Assembly (NCBI GenBank): GCA_965223705.1
Contig: OZ245015.1
Location: 4,288,001 to 4,352,000, forward strand
Length of the DNA: 64,000 nucleotides
Source: Myxococcota bacterium
GTDB lineage: Bacteria > Myxococcota_A > UBA9160 > UBA6930
Reading direction: 5' to 3'
Made by a program: the position numbers and the translations under genes. Shown one piece after another: positions 1-10,591 of this stretch. Positions within the stretch are counted from its first letter, which is position 1, and every line of letters starts with the position of its first letter. Under the pieces are notes generated by a model. The model saw nothing but the letters and a program-made list of their open reading frames with translations, was not told where the DNA came from and searched no databases.

Positions 1-1
1 C

Positions 2-82
2 GTGCCGAGCGCTTGGGATTGGTCCGACCCGGCAGTCGTCCGTTGGTTGCACGCCCTCTCCGACGAGGACGACTCCGACTAG
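2..82 (+). CDS. 3' end of an unknown CDS (partial, runs off window start)
   Basis: Open frame VPSAWDWSDPAVVRWLHALSDEDDSD* ends at TAG 80-82 and overlaps the mazG stop in a CTAG, like three other convergent junctions in the window. Confidence 0.5.
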   Translation: MPSAWDWSDPAVVRWLHALSDEDDSD

Positions 83-762
83 GACTCGCCGCCCACCGCT
101 TCTTCGAACCGGTCGTTCGTCTTGCGAAGCGCCGACTCCGCATCACATCCCGCCGCAACCCCCGCGCGCACCGCGGCGAACAACAGGTTCCCGAGGCAGT
201 TCTCGTCCCCGTGCTCGGCAAACGCGGCAGCCGCTTCGGTGAGGGCGTTCCGGGGATCGTCATCCGGGCCCTTGTGAGCCCTTCTCGCCCGTTTTTCGAG
301 CTTCGCGGTGCGGAGCAACGCGGGAAGGTTGCGCGGCACGTCGTCGAAAAGCCCGGCCCGCTCGCCACGGACGCGCGCTTTTTCCGCGCGCTCCTTGGCC
401 TTGCGTTCCTCCCAGGTGCGGTGCACGTCTTCCGAGCCGCGCGCGATGGCATCCGGACGCTCGCCGAAAACGTGGGGATGCCGCCGGATGAGCTTGTCAC
501 AGACGGCGTCGACAACGGCTTCGAAATCGAAGTGCGACCCCTCGCGCGCGAGCTGCGCGTGAAACACCACCTGGAGCAACAAGTCTCCGAGCTCGTCGCG
601 AAGATCGTCCCACGCTTCGCGCCGAATCGCGTCCTCGACTTCGTACGCTTCTTCGATGGTGTATGGGGCGATCGTCGCGAAGCTCTGCTCGAGATCCCAC
701 GGACACCCGCGCTCGGGGTCGCGAAGCCGCTCCATGATCTCGAGGAGACGCTGCACCGGCAC
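79..762 (-). CDS. mazG: MazG-family nucleoside triphosphate pyrophosphohydrolase
   Basis: LRDPERGCPWDLEQ, EEAYEV, ELGDLLLQVVFH and KLIRRHPHVF motifs; GTG start overlaps the uvrA TAG. Confidence 0.93.
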   Translation of the reverse strand: MPVQRLLEIMERLRDPERGCPWDLEQSFATIAPYTIEEAYEVEDAIRREAWDDLRDELGDLLLQVVFHAQLAREGSHFDFEAVVDAVCDKLIRRHPHVFGERPDAIARGSEDVHRTWEERKAKERAEKARVRGERAGLFDDVPRNLPALLRTAKLEKRARRAHKGPDDDPRNALTEAAAAFAEHGDENCLGNLLFAAVRAGVAAGCDAESALRKTNDRFEEAVGGES

Positions 763-3596
763 TAGAGAAGTTCGCGCAAAAAGCGCGCCGTGTAGCTCTT
801 CTTGTTCTTTGAGACTTCTTCGGGCGTCCCCTCGGCGATGACCCGCCCCCCTTCTTCGCCGCCTTCCGGACCGAGATCGATGACCCAATCCGCACAGCGG
901 ATCACGTCGAGGTTGTGCTCGATCACGATGACGCTGTTGCCCGCATCCACCAGCCGGTTCAGCACGGACAACAGCTTCTTCAAATCGTCGAAATGCAGTC
1001 CCGTCGTGGGTTCGTCCAAAATGTAGAGAGTCCGTCCGGTCGCACGCTTTGACAGCTCGCGAGAGAGCTTGATGCGCTGCGCTTCACCGCCCGACAGGGT
1101 CGGCGACGGCTGCCCGAGCGTGATGTAGCCCATGCCCACGTCGGCAAGCGTCCGGAGGCCTTCCATGACCTTCGGCTGGTTCTCGAACACGGTGAGCGCT
1201 TCGTCGACGGACAGATTCAACACGTCCGCGATGGTCAGATCCTTCCAACGGACGCGAAGGGTCGCGTCGTTGAAACGCGCACCGCCGCAGACCTCGCAGG
1301 TGACGAAGACGTCCGACAGGAAGTGCATCTCAATCCGACGGACGCCGTCCCCCTCACACGCTTCGCAGCGCCCGCCTTTCACGTTGAAGGAGAACCGGCC
1401 CGGCGAGAATCCGTACGCGCGCGACTCGGGGATCCGAGCGAACACCTGGCGGATTTCATCGAAGACCTTCGTGTAGGTCGCGGGGTTGCTGCGCGGCGTG
1501 CGACCGATGGGCCGCTGATCGATATCGATCACCTTGTCGATCAAGCGCGTGCCGGTGAGACGGCGATGAGCGCCGGGCACGTCGCGACCGCCGAACTCGC
1601 GCCGCAGCGCGGGAAACAGTACGGAGTTCACGAGCGTGCTTTTCCCGGCGCCGGACACGCCGGTGACGGCGGTCAACGTACCGAGGGGAAAACGCACATC
1701 GACGTTCTTCAGGTTGTGTTCCGTGACACCGGAAACGCCCAGTGTTTTTCCCGAGCCGCGTCGCCTGGCGCGCGGCGTCTCGATTTCCATCCGACCGGAC
1801 AGGTAGCCTCCGGTGACAGACTTTCGCGCGCGCAGCAACTGAGCCGGCGTTCCCGAGAACACGATCTCGCCCCCGGCAACGCCGGCTCCGGGACCGAAAT
1901 CGACCACGTAGTCCGCCGACCGAATCGTCTCGGCGTCGTGTTCGACCACGATCACGGTGTTTCCGAAATCGCGGAGGCGCGCGAGCGTCGCGAGGAGCTG
2001 CTCGTTGTCGCGCTGGTGGAGGCCGATCGAAGGCTCGTCCAAGACGTACAAGACGCCGGTCAGCTCGCTACCGATCTGGCTCGCCAAACGAATGCGCTGG
2101 CTTTCACCCCCCGACAAGGACGGGCCCGGGCGATCGAGCGTCAGGTAGCCCAAGCCCACGGAAAGCAGGAATCCCAACCGATTGTCGATCTCTTTGAGAA
2201 CATCCACCGCGATTTGGCGGTCCGTTTCCGATAGTTCGAGCGCCTGGAGGAAAGCGCGCGCTTCGTGAATCGTGCCACCGCAGACACTTTGGATCGGACG
2301 TCCGGCGAGGAGCACGTGGCGCGACTCGACCCGAAGCCGCTGCCCGGAACACGCGTTGCATTCCTTGTCGGACAGATACCGCATGTAGTATTTGCGCATC
2401 CCCTCCGACTTGGTTTGACGAAACCTTCGGTAGAGCTCATTCAACACGCCCTCGAAGGAGCGCTTCCACTCGATGGAGCCCGTCTTGAACTCGACTTTCG
2501 TCTCGATCTTCTGATCGCCCAGGCCGTAGAGAAGGAGCTTCTTCTGCGACGCGGGAAGCTCTTTCCAGGGCTTGTCGAGATCGATCTCGAACTCGCGCGC
2601 CACTTCGTGAAGTAGGGAGCCGGTCCAGCCGCTCTGCTTCTCGGCCGCCTTCGCCCAGGGTTCGATCGCGCCGCCCCGAACCGTGCGCGTCGCGTCGGGG
2701 ACGACCAGGTCCGGATCCATCTCGGGCTTCGTGCCGAGGCCGTTGCATTCGGGGCACATACCGAGCGGTGAGTTGAAGGAGAAGCTCTGAGGTGTCAAGG
2801 CGGGAAAGCCGAGATCGCAATGCGCGCAGTGCAGGTGCTCCGAATAGAGGCGCTCTTCCCCGTCGATCACGTCGCAGCGCAGCAAGCCTCCGCCTTTGCG
2901 AAGTGCGGTCTCGACAGAGTCGACGAGGCGCGCTCGAAACGCGGCATCGCGACGTTTCGGGATCGCGAGGCGATCCACGACGACATCGACGGTGTGCTTC
3001 CTCTTCTTGTCGAGCTTCGCGTCTTCGGTGAACACCACTTCGCCGTTCACCCGCAAGCGCGCGAAACCTTCCCTCGCGGCCTCGTCGATGAGCTCGCGAT
3101 GTTCCCCCTTGCGGTTTTCTACGATGCGCGCGAGGAGATAGAAGCGCGCCCCGGACGGAAGCTCGGCGATGCGATCCGCGACCTGCTGCGCGGAGAGCTG
3201 TTCTACCGGCCGATCGCATTGGTGACAGTGCTGAGTTCCGACCCGTGCATAGAGAACGCGTAAGTAGTCGTAGACCTCCGTGATCGTTCCGACGGTCGAG
3301 CGCGGGTTGTTGCTCGCGGCCTTCTGTTCGATGCTGATCGTCGGGGAGAGTCCCCGGATGTGCTCGTATTTTGGCTTCTCGAGCTGGCCGAGGAACTGCC
3401 GGGCGTAGGATGAGAGGCTCTCGACGTACCGACGCTGCCCCTCGGCGTAGATCGTGTCGAAAGCGAGCGACGACTTGCCCGAACCCGACGGCCCGGTGAA
3501 CACCACGAGTTTGTGCTTGGGGATGCGCACATCGACGGACTTCAGGTTGTGTTCCGCCGCGCCGCGGATATCGATCTGCTCGCCGGTCCGTTTCAT
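762..3596 (-). CDS. uvrA: Excinuclease ABC subunit A
   Basis: Two Walker A motifs ([18 protein letters not shown]), two LSGGE signatures, zinc fingers, 944 aa. Confidence 0.98.
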   Translation of the reverse strand: MKRTGEQIDIRGAAEHNLKSVDVRIPKHKLVVFTGPSGSGKSSLAFDTIYAEGQRRYVESLSSYARQFLGQLEKPKYEHIRGLSPTISIEQKAASNNPRSTVGTITEVYDYLRVLYARVGTQHCHQCDRPVEQLSAQQVADRIAELPSGARFYLLARIVENRKGEHRELIDEAAREGFARLRVNGEVVFTEDAKLDKKRKHTVDVVVDRLAIPKRRDAAFRARLVDSVETALRKGGGLLRCDVIDGEERLYSEHLHCAHCDLGFPALTPQSFSFNSPLGMCPECNGLGTKPEMDPDLVVPDATRTVRGGAIEPWAKAAEKQSGWTGSLLHEVAREFEIDLDKPWKELPASQKKLLLYGLGDQKIETKVEFKTGSIEWKRSFEGVLNELYRRFRQTKSEGMRKYYMRYLSDKECNACSGQRLRVESRHVLLAGRPIQSVCGGTIHEARAFLQALELSETDRQIAVDVLKEIDNRLGFLLSVGLGYLTLDRPGPSLSGGESQRIRLASQIGSELTGVLYVLDEPSIGLHQRDNEQLLATLARLRDFGNTVIVVEHDAETIRSADYVVDFGPGAGVAGGEIVFSGTPAQLLRARKSVTGGYLSGRMEIETPRARRRGSGKTLGVSGVTEHNLKNVDVRFPLGTLTAVTGVSGAGKSTLVNSVLFPALRREFGGRDVPGAHRRLTGTRLIDKVIDIDQRPIGRTPRSNPATYTKVFDEIRQVFARIPESRAYGFSPGRFSFNVKGGRCEACEGDGVRRIEMHFLSDVFVTCEVCGGARFNDATLRVRWKDLTIADVLNLSVDEALTVFENQPKVMEGLRTLADVGMGYITLGQPSPTLSGGEAQRIKLSRELSKRATGRTLYILDEPTTGLHFDDLKKLLSVLNRLVDAGNSVIVIEHNLDVIRCADWVIDLGPEGGEEGGRVIAEGTPEEVSKNKKSYTARFLRELL

Positions 3597-3712
3597 GATC
3601 CCTCACCCGTCGGAGCGGACGAGTGTGCCTCGCCGACGCCGCGATGCAAGGCGCCGGCGGGCGGGCCCGCTGCGCTAGGCTCCGGCTCCGACGCCGCTTA
3701 CAGGAGTGCCCC

Positions 3713-4537
3713 GTGTACGAACAGATTCTCTACGAAGTGAAAGACCCGATCGCGACGATCACGCTCAACCGACCCGATCGCCTGAACGCCTACACGTCGC
3801 GCATGGGCGACGAGATCAAGCACGCGGTCGCTGCGGCGGAAGCCGACCCGCAAGTCGTCGCGATTCTCATCACCGGGGCGGGGCGCGGTTTCTGCGCGGG
3901 CGCGGATATGGGCGACCTGAAGAAGGCTTCGTCCGGCGACGCCGACTTCTTCTCCGCCGATCGCCTCGAAGCCGACCCGGGCGACCCCGAGATGACGGGC
4001 TTCCGCGCTCCATTGGCGTATATGCATTCAGTCCGCAAGCCGATTGTCGCGGCCATCAACGGCCCGGTGGCGGGCATCGGTCTCGCGCTGGCCCTTTTCT
4101 GCGACATCCGGTTCGCAGCGGATTCGGCGGTCTTCACCACGGCGTTCGCGCAACGCGGGCTCATCGCGGAGTGGGCTTTGTCGTGGACCCTCTCGCGTCT
4201 CATCGGGCAAGCGCGGGCGGCGGACCTCGTCCTCTCCGCGCGTAAGGTTCGCGCGGAGGAGGCCGCGGAAATGGGTCTCGTAAACCGGGTTCTGCCGAAG
4301 GACGAGCTCCTGGCCTTCGCCGAAAACTACGCCCGCGAGTTGGGTACGAACTGTTCGCCGACGTCGCTTCAGATCATCAAGCGGCAGCTCTACAACGGTC
4401 TGCACCAAAACCTCGACGAGGCGATGAGCGACTCCATCGCGTTGATGAACGAGAGTCTCCGGCGGGCGGATTTCAAAGAAGGCGTCGATTCGTTCCTCGA
4501 GAAGCGCCCGCCGAAGTTCCCGCGGATCGGCGACTAG
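3713..4537 (+). CDS. Enoyl-CoA hydratase/isomerase (crotonase) family protein
   Basis: ITLNRPDRLNA, GRGFCAGAD, KPIVAAINGP, FLEKRPP; GTG start after AGGAG. Confidence 0.9.
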   Translation: MYEQILYEVKDPIATITLNRPDRLNAYTSRMGDEIKHAVAAAEADPQVVAILITGAGRGFCAGADMGDLKKASSGDADFFSADRLEADPGDPEMTGFRAPLAYMHSVRKPIVAAINGPVAGIGLALALFCDIRFAADSAVFTTAFAQRGLIAEWALSWTLSRLIGQARAADLVLSARKVRAEEAAEMGLVNRVLPKDELLAFAENYARELGTNCSPTSLQIIKRQLYNGLHQNLDEAMSDSIALMNESLRRADFKEGVDSFLEKRPPKFPRIGD

Positions 4538-4543
4538 CGACGG

Positions 4544-5317
4544 CTAGTCGCCCCACGAGAACGCCGCGCGCGCCTCTTCCGTTTCGGCGGCAGCTGAAAT
4601 GATGTCGCCGTCCGTCTCGGTCGCGTCTCCGAGAAAGGCCGTCTGGGCGTAGCCTCGGAACTGGGTCTTCGTCATGTGCAGCGCGAGCTCGGGAAGTGCG
4701 GCGAGCTTGTCGGCGTAGCGTCCGACCTCGGCGTCGAGTTCATCGGCTGCGACCACGCGATTCAGAAACCCGGCGGCGTGGGCATCCTCGACCTCGATCC
4801 ATTCCGCTAGTGCGATCCACTCGCGGGCCCGGAGCGGGCCCACTTCGTAGATCAAGCGCGGCGTGGCGCCCCAGGTGAGCGGCACACCCAAATCGACTTC
4901 GGGGATGCGGAAGCGCGTACCCTCCGCCGCGATCCGAAAATCGCACGCGAGGGCCAGGCAGAAGCCGCCTCCGATCGCGTGCCCTTGCACGCGCGCGATC
5001 GTCATCGCTTCGAGACGCGTGATGGCTTCCATCGCGCGGCGGCCGACTTGACTCGCGAAACGACGCGCCCGCCCCGAGTCGTCCTCCGTGCGCCGGTTTG
5101 TCGGGCCCCCTTCTTTGCGATCGGCGCCCGCGGAAAACGTACGCCCGCGGCCCCCCAGAACGACCACCTTCACGTCGAAGGCACGCTGAAGCTCGGTGAA
5201 CGCTTCGGCGAGCTCTTCGAGGATTTTGTGGTTCAAGGCATTCAGACATTCCGGGCGGTTCATCCATACGTGGGCAACGGCGCCATTTCGCGCGACCTCG
5301 AGCGTCTCATACGTCAC
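4544..5317 (-). CDS. Enoyl-CoA hydratase/isomerase (crotonase) family protein
   Basis: NRPECLNA, FSAGAD, GHAIGGGFCLALACDFRIA, PEVDLG. Confidence 0.9.
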   Translation of the reverse strand: MTYETLEVARNGAVAHVWMNRPECLNALNHKILEELAEAFTELQRAFDVKVVVLGGRGRTFSAGADRKEGGPTNRRTEDDSGRARRFASQVGRRAMEAITRLEAMTIARVQGHAIGGGFCLALACDFRIAAEGTRFRIPEVDLGVPLTWGATPRLIYEVGPLRAREWIALAEWIEVEDAHAAGFLNRVVAADELDAEVGRYADKLAALPELALHMTKTQFRGYAQTAFLGDATETDGDIISAAAETEEARAAFSWGD

Positions 5318-6480
5318 GATGCGTCCTCCTGGCGCGGAGCCGGCGTACGATCCGCTCCCCGCAAAACGAGAAGAGTGATTTCGGGCGGAGCCCCGACGCG
5401 AATCGGCGGGCCCCAGTAGCCGGTTCCGCGGCTGACGTAGAGCGTCGACTTTCTCCGTCGATAAACGCCGGAAACGTAGGGCGTCACGGCGCGAACGGCG
5501 GCATGAAAAGGCCAGATCTGTCCGCCGTGGGTGTGCCCCGAGAGCTGGAGATCGACGCCGGCTTCGGACGCCGCGGCGAACGTCGCAGGGTCGTGGGCGA
5601 GGAGCACCAGCGGCGTCTCCCCGTTCCAGCCGGCGAGCGCTCGCGGCAAATCGCAGGTCGAGCCACGCGACCAGTCACCGCGATGATCGTCCACACCGGC
5701 CAACTCGAAGAACTCCCCCGGCGATCCGATGGAGACGCGCTCATTGCGAAGCGGCCGAAACCCGCGCTCGCGCCAAAACGCGCACCACGGGTCGGCACCC
5801 GAATAGTGATCGTGGTTTCCGGTCACGAGAAAAACCCCTTCGGGCGCTTGAAGCTCGGTGAGGGGCGTTGCCGAAGGAGCCAAGGCTTCGACCGAACCGT
5901 CGACGAGATCGCCGGTAATCACCACGAGGTCTGCGCCCAAGCGGTTCGTCCGTCGCGCCAGCCGTCGCGTAAAGCCTGCGCCCCGGCGCCTCGAGATGTG
6001 CAGATCCGAAAGTTGGGCGATGCGAAAACCGTCGAAACACGCGGGTAACCCCGGGACGGGGATCTCCACACGGCGAATCGGCACGGGACCGAGCGCCCGC
6101 CAAGTACCCCACAAGACGACGAGCGCAAAGGTCGCGGAGCCGGCGACCGCCCGAAACGTCGCGGGCGGCGCTCCGAAGAGCCCTGCCAACTGCGCGGGCA
6201 GTTCCCACACGAGGAGTGCCGTCACCCAAATGAACGCTGCGCCAAACCAGAAGTACGCGAGCCGCGCAGACCAGACCAGACCGGGGAAAGACCGCTGACG
6301 CAGAAACGGTTGGGCCAGCACGTTCAAAGCGAGCAGGGAAAAGAGTCCGAGACCCGCCCACCGCGTGCCCTCTGGCAGCTCGGGTGCCGCGAGCAGTCGA
6401 GACGCGAGATAGCTGTGCCCCGCAGCCACCAAGCTGACGAAGACCCCGAGAAACACGACCGCTCGCGTGCGCGCGCTCAA
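5314..6480 (-). CDS. Membrane-anchored metallophosphoesterase (YkuE-like)
   Basis: N-terminal TM helices; SDLH, GDLVD, GNHD, LAHDP, SGHTHGGQ motifs. Confidence 0.9.
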   Translation of the reverse strand: MSARTRAVVFLGVFVSLVAAGHSYLASRLLAAPELPEGTRWAGLGLFSLLALNVLAQPFLRQRSFPGLVWSARLAYFWFGAAFIWVTALLVWELPAQLAGLFGAPPATFRAVAGSATFALVVLWGTWRALGPVPIRRVEIPVPGLPACFDGFRIAQLSDLHISRRRGAGFTRRLARRTNRLGADLVVITGDLVDGSVEALAPSATPLTELQAPEGVFLVTGNHDHYSGADPWCAFWRERGFRPLRNERVSIGSPGEFFELAGVDDHRGDWSRGSTCDLPRALAGWNGETPLVLLAHDPATFAAASEAGVDLQLSGHTHGGQIWPFHAAVRAVTPYVSGVYRRRKSTLYVSRGTGYWGPPIRVGAPPEITLLVLRGADRTPAPRQEDAS

Positions 6481-6540
6481 CCCCTCTCCTTCTCCGCCCC
6501 GTCGGGGCAGGCGGGCGAGTTTAGCGGTACGTTGCGCGCG

Positions 6541-7335
6541 ATGGCGGCCATCGATTTCAACCGAGCTTGCTCCGCTGCCGAAGCGGCCGCCGACGCGGCA
6601 AGGCGCGAAATCATGACGCGGTTTCGGCGTGTCGGCGTCGCGTTGAAAGCCGACGGCTCACCAGTCACGGAGGCCGACCGCGAGGCAGAGCGCGCGATCC
6701 GGCGGGTTCTCGGCGAAGCGTTTCCCGACATCCCGGTCGTCGGCGAGGAGGAAGGCGGCGCCGCCGGACCCCGCCATTGGATCGTCGATCCCATCGACGG
6801 CACGTTGTCCTTCAGTCGGGGAGTCCCGCTGTTCGGGACATTGATCGCGCTCGTCGAGGACGGTGAGACGAAACTCGGTGTGATCGACCTTCCCGCGTTG
6901 GGAGAGCGACTCGTCGGTTTCCGGGGCGGTGGCGTTCGGCGAAATGGCACCGCCGTCCGAGTCTCGCGCGAGGCGGATCTCGGTCAAGCGCTGGTCGCGT
7001 GCGGAGATTTCTACTGTTTCGACCTGTTCGAAGCGCGACCGATGCTCGAGCGCATGGTCGCCGAAATCCCCAAGCTACGGGCTTACACCGACGCGTTCGG
7101 ACACGCCCAGACCATCGGTGGGGCCGCCGACGCCATGGTCGACCTCGCGCTCAAGCCGTGGGATGTGGCGGCTACGACGCTGCTCGTCGAAGAAGCCGGA
7201 GGGCATTGCCGCACCATCGATCGCAGCGACGCGTTCGACTACGGCCTGGGTCTGATCTTCGGAGCCCCCGCACTCGTCGAGCAGCTCGGCGCGTGGTTCG
7301 ACGAACTCGCCGGGGGAGCGCCCCGCCCGCGCTGA
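6541..7335 (+). CDS. Inositol monophosphatase family protein, HisN-like histidinol-phosphatase
   Basis: KADGSPVTEADREAE, GEE, WIVDPIDGT, KPWDVAA. Confidence 0.85.
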   Translation: MAAIDFNRACSAAEAAADAARREIMTRFRRVGVALKADGSPVTEADREAERAIRRVLGEAFPDIPVVGEEEGGAAGPRHWIVDPIDGTLSFSRGVPLFGTLIALVEDGETKLGVIDLPALGERLVGFRGGGVRRNGTAVRVSREADLGQALVACGDFYCFDLFEARPMLERMVAEIPKLRAYTDAFGHAQTIGGAADAMVDLALKPWDVAATTLLVEEAGGHCRTIDRSDAFDYGLGLIFGAPALVEQLGAWFDELAGGAPRPR

Positions 7336-7355
7336 TAACGCGAGCGGGAGCGCGG

Positions 7356-7868
7356 CTAGTTCGTCGCCGCGTCTTCGACCTCTTCGGCGGCTTCTTCCGC
7401 AGCGTCGGTAGCGTCACCCGCAAGATCAGCCGCCGCGTCGGTAGCGTCACCCGTAAGGTCAGCCGCCGCGTCGGTGGCGTCCGTCGCGAGATCCGAGGCG
7501 GCTTCCGCGGCGTCGCCGGCGGCCTCCTTCGCGGCGTCCGCGGCGCCGACGGCGGTTTCGGCGGCGCCTTCAAGCATCTGGCCGGCGGTCTCCTTGGCTG
7601 TACCGGCGGCTTCTTGTGCGGATTCGAGGGCGGAAGCGGCGGCCTCCTTCGCGTCGGTGGCGGCCTCCTTCGCCGAGTCCATCGCACCGGCGGCGACATC
7701 CTTCGCAGCACCGGCTGCGCTTGCGGCGGCGTCCTTCGTCGATTCCGCAGCGTCTTGGAGCTGGCTCGCCGCCTGGTCGCGGCTCTCCTGGCTACAACCG
7801 ACCGCGATAGCTAGACCGAGTGCGAGCACGGCGATGCCGACGATCGATCTCGACTTCAGATTGGACAT
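7356..7868 (-). CDS. Ala/Asp-rich lipoprotein with 11-mer repeats (LEA-like)
   Basis: Lipobox AVGC after a hydrophobic stretch; repeats such as ATDAAADLTGD/ATDAAADLAGD; SD GGAGGGAG. Confidence 0.8.
   Translation of the reverse strand: MSNLKSRSIVGIAVLALGLAIAVGCSQESRDQAASQLQDAAESTKDAAASAAGAAKDVAAGAMDSAKEAATDAKEAAASALESAQEAAGTAKETAGQMLEGAAETAVGAADAAKEAAGDAAEAASDLATDATDAAADLTGDATDAAADLAGDATDAAEEAAEEVEDAATN
7401..7466. repeat. 33-bp tandem near-repeat within the lipoprotein gene
   Basis: gcgtcggtagcgtcacccgYaagRtcagccgc occurs twice, 33 bp apart. Confidence 0.8.
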
Positions 7869-8017
7869 TGGGGACTCCCTCCTGGAGGTCCGTCCGGGAA
7901 CGAACCTCGGTTATTCTCTGGCTCTCCGCGCCGATAGGGTGCCGAATCCCCCGCGCGCTGCATGCCCGCGGGGAAGTCTCATAGAAACCGATCAGCCAGC
8001 CTTGGAGAACCCATCCG

Positions 8018-9658
8018 ATGTCCGCCGACACTTCCGAAATCCAACTCGACGACCTCCGTCCGCTCGTCGCGGCGGGCGAAAGCCTGGTCGCACGCTCACT
8101 CGACCAGGTCCGCGACATCACCGGCGGTCCGAAGGGAATCGACGATCACCAGGTGATCGCTGAGAGGATTGCGTACGCCGCGACGGAAGCGCGGACCGCT
8201 CGGGAACTACTCAGCACCGCGGAGACAGCCGGCGGAAGCCTCAATGCGCTCGCGGCTGCGGGTATCGGCGAGCTCGTCACACGGCTTCGCAACCGGCTGG
8301 AGTCGCTGCTCGGGGATCTAGGGCTTTCCGAGGGCGACCTCGAAGCGATCTTCACCGCCGATGTCCGCAGTGCGCTGCGTCGCTGCTCGAGTGAATCGCT
8401 GGTTCGGGCCGTCGGGCGCGCCGCGATCGAAAGCCGCGGCCAGACGGATTGGCCACTCGACGAAACCCTCGGGCAGGTCCGCGAGGCCGTGCGTGAGTTC
8501 GCGGACGCCGAAATCGCGCCAGAAGCTGAACGAATCCACCGCAACGACGACATCATCCCAGAGGCGTTCATCACGAAAATGGCAGAGCTCGGGTACTTCG
8601 GGATGAGCATCCCCGAACAGTACGAGGGCTTCGAGATGGGCATGCTCGCGATGGTGCTGATCACCGAGGAGCTCTCCCGCGCGTCGCTCGCGGCCGCCGG
8701 TTCGCTGATTACGCGTCCCGAAATCCTCGCGAAAGCGCTCCTCAAAGGAGGAACCGAAGACCAGCGCCAGCACTGGCTCCCGAAAATCGCGAGCGGTGAA
8801 TTGATGGTCGCCATTTCCGTGACCGAGCCCGATGTCGGGAGCGACGTCGCTTCGCTCAAGTGCCGTGCGACTCGCGCGACGGTCGACGGAGAAGAAGGCT
8901 GGGTGATCAACGGCCCGAAAGCGTGGTGCACCTTTGCGGGCCGGGCGAACATCATCGCCCTCCTCGCGCGAACGGACCCCGACCCGAACGCACGCGCGAA
9001 GGGGCTCTCGCTCTTCATCGTGCCAAAGGACACCTTCACGGGTCACGATTTCGAAATGAAGCAGACCAGCGGCGGCCGCATCGTCGGCAAGGCCGACGCC
9101 ACACCGGGCTATCGGGGGATGCACTCGTTCACGTTGAACTTCGAGGATTACTTCGTGCCGAAGGACCACCTGGTCGGAGGCGACGACGGCGCCGGTCAGG
9201 GCTTCTATCTGCAGATGGCGGGGTTCGCGGCCGGTCGGCTCCAAACCGGGGGTCGCGCGACGGGGCTCGCCCAAGCGGCGCTCGAGAAAACGGCGGAATA
9301 CGTCGTCGACCGGAACCAGTTCGGAAAAGCCATCAGCGACTTCCAGCTGACGGAATACCTCATCGGCCGCATGGCGGCGCTTCTCGCGGGCGCGCGCGCC
9401 ATCAGCTATGCGGCCGCGGAGGAGATGGAGGCCGATGAGCGAAAGGCGGCGCTCATCGCCGCTCAGGCGAAACTCCTCTCGTGCGACGTCGCCGTTGAAG
9501 TCGCGCAGCAAGGCCAGGTGCTGCACGGCGGCTGGGGCTACGCCGAGGAATACCCGATCAGCCGTTACGTGGCGGACAGCAACGTGCTGCCGATCTTCGA
9601 AGGTGTGAAACCGATCCTCGAGCTGAAGGTCGTCGCGCGAGCGCTCCTCGCGAGCTAG
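8018..9658 (+). CDS. Acyl-CoA dehydrogenase with N-terminal extension, (2S)-methylsuccinyl-CoA dehydrogenase-like
   Basis: TEPDVGSD, WVINGPKAWCT, GYRGM, HGGWGYAEEYPISR, IFEG; 546 aa with about 150 aa of extra N-terminus. Confidence 0.85.
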   Translation: MSADTSEIQLDDLRPLVAAGESLVARSLDQVRDITGGPKGIDDHQVIAERIAYAATEARTARELLSTAETAGGSLNALAAAGIGELVTRLRNRLESLLGDLGLSEGDLEAIFTADVRSALRRCSSESLVRAVGRAAIESRGQTDWPLDETLGQVREAVREFADAEIAPEAERIHRNDDIIPEAFITKMAELGYFGMSIPEQYEGFEMGMLAMVLITEELSRASLAAAGSLITRPEILAKALLKGGTEDQRQHWLPKIASGELMVAISVTEPDVGSDVASLKCRATRATVDGEEGWVINGPKAWCTFAGRANIIALLARTDPDPNARAKGLSLFIVPKDTFTGHDFEMKQTSGGRIVGKADATPGYRGMHSFTLNFEDYFVPKDHLVGGDDGAGQGFYLQMAGFAAGRLQTGGRATGLAQAALEKTAEYVVDRNQFGKAISDFQLTEYLIGRMAALLAGARAISYAAAEEMEADERKAALIAAQAKLLSCDVAVEVAQQGQVLHGGWGYAEEYPISRYVADSNVLPIFEGVKPILELKVVARALLAS

Positions 9659-10560
9659 AAGATCGCGAACAGCTCTTCGAACGCCTTCATTTGGTTGCCC
9701 ACAGCCGATGACGGGACCAAGATCGGCGTATTGATGCCGGCGTCAAAATACGCCTCGAGCCCTTCGCGGACCTCCGACGCGGTGCCGAACAACGTGCAGT
9801 CGGCGAGCCAGCGGTCGCTCATCAGCTCCGGCGTGCGCTTCCCCTCGCCGGCGTCAATCGCTTTCTCGATGGCTTCCATCTCCTCGACGTATCCGGCCTC
9901 TTTCCAGACGTTGCGGTAGTTGGGGAGCGACACGTAGCCCGTGAGCGTTTTGCGATTGCGGGCCGCGGCCTCCGCGCGGTCGTCGCTGATGCACGTCGGA
10001 ATCATGTTGCCGATCAAGAAGCTCGGATCGTTCCGCTTGGCCTCGGGAAGCGCCGAGAGCGACTCCGCCAAGTGACTCCGCGCGACGTTGGCGTAGACGA
10101 TTCCGTCGGCGATCTCGCCGCCGAGCGCGACCATCTTCTTGCGCAGCGCTGCCAGCACGAGGGGTGGCTGCTCGCCAGTGTGGGGAGTCGCGCGCCACGC
10201 GTCGACAAACGCCCGTGTGTCCGCGAGGGGTTTGCCGGTATCGACTTTCAGGCGGCTTGTCACCGGGCGGTGACTGACCCCGATCCCGAAGTGGAAGCGA
10301 CCGTCGGACAGCTCGTGAATGAGCGCCGTACTCTGGGCGTAGTCCGTCGGGTGACGCGTGTACAGGTTCGCGATCGCGGTCCCGAAGTGGATGCGCTGGG
10401 TCGCCGAGGCGAGCGCCTGACAGAGCCCCATGCCATCGCCGAAACTCGCACAGTAGATCCCCGAAAAACCTCGCTTCTCGATTTCTCCCGCGAGCTCGAG
10501 GGTCTGCTTTCGTCGGCCGGCGACGGCGGCGAGTGCGAGCGAGGGCATGCGAGTGGACAT
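9655..10560 (-). CDS. LLM-class flavin/F420-dependent oxidoreductase
   Basis: TQRIHFGTAIAN, ELSDGRFHFGIGVSH, KMVALGGEIADG. Confidence 0.88.
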   Translation of the reverse strand: MSTRMPSLALAAVAGRRKQTLELAGEIEKRGFSGIYCASFGDGMGLCQALASATQRIHFGTAIANLYTRHPTDYAQSTALIHELSDGRFHFGIGVSHRPVTSRLKVDTGKPLADTRAFVDAWRATPHTGEQPPLVLAALRKKMVALGGEIADGIVYANVARSHLAESLSALPEAKRNDPSFLIGNMIPTCISDDRAEAAARNRKTLTGYVSLPNYRNVWKEAGYVEEMEAIEKAIDAGEGKRTPELMSDRWLADCTLFGTASEVREGLEAYFDAGINTPILVPSSAVGNQMKAFEELFAIF

Positions 10561-10591
10561 GGTGCTTCTCCGTCAGGGTCTCCGTCGGCGA

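Noticed and set aside
3597..3712. LexA box upstream of uvrA
   Set aside because: No recognisable SOS-box palindrome or direct repeat
7401..7500. 33-bp repeats as a CRISPR array
   Set aside because: They are in-frame coding repeats with no spacers and no cas genes
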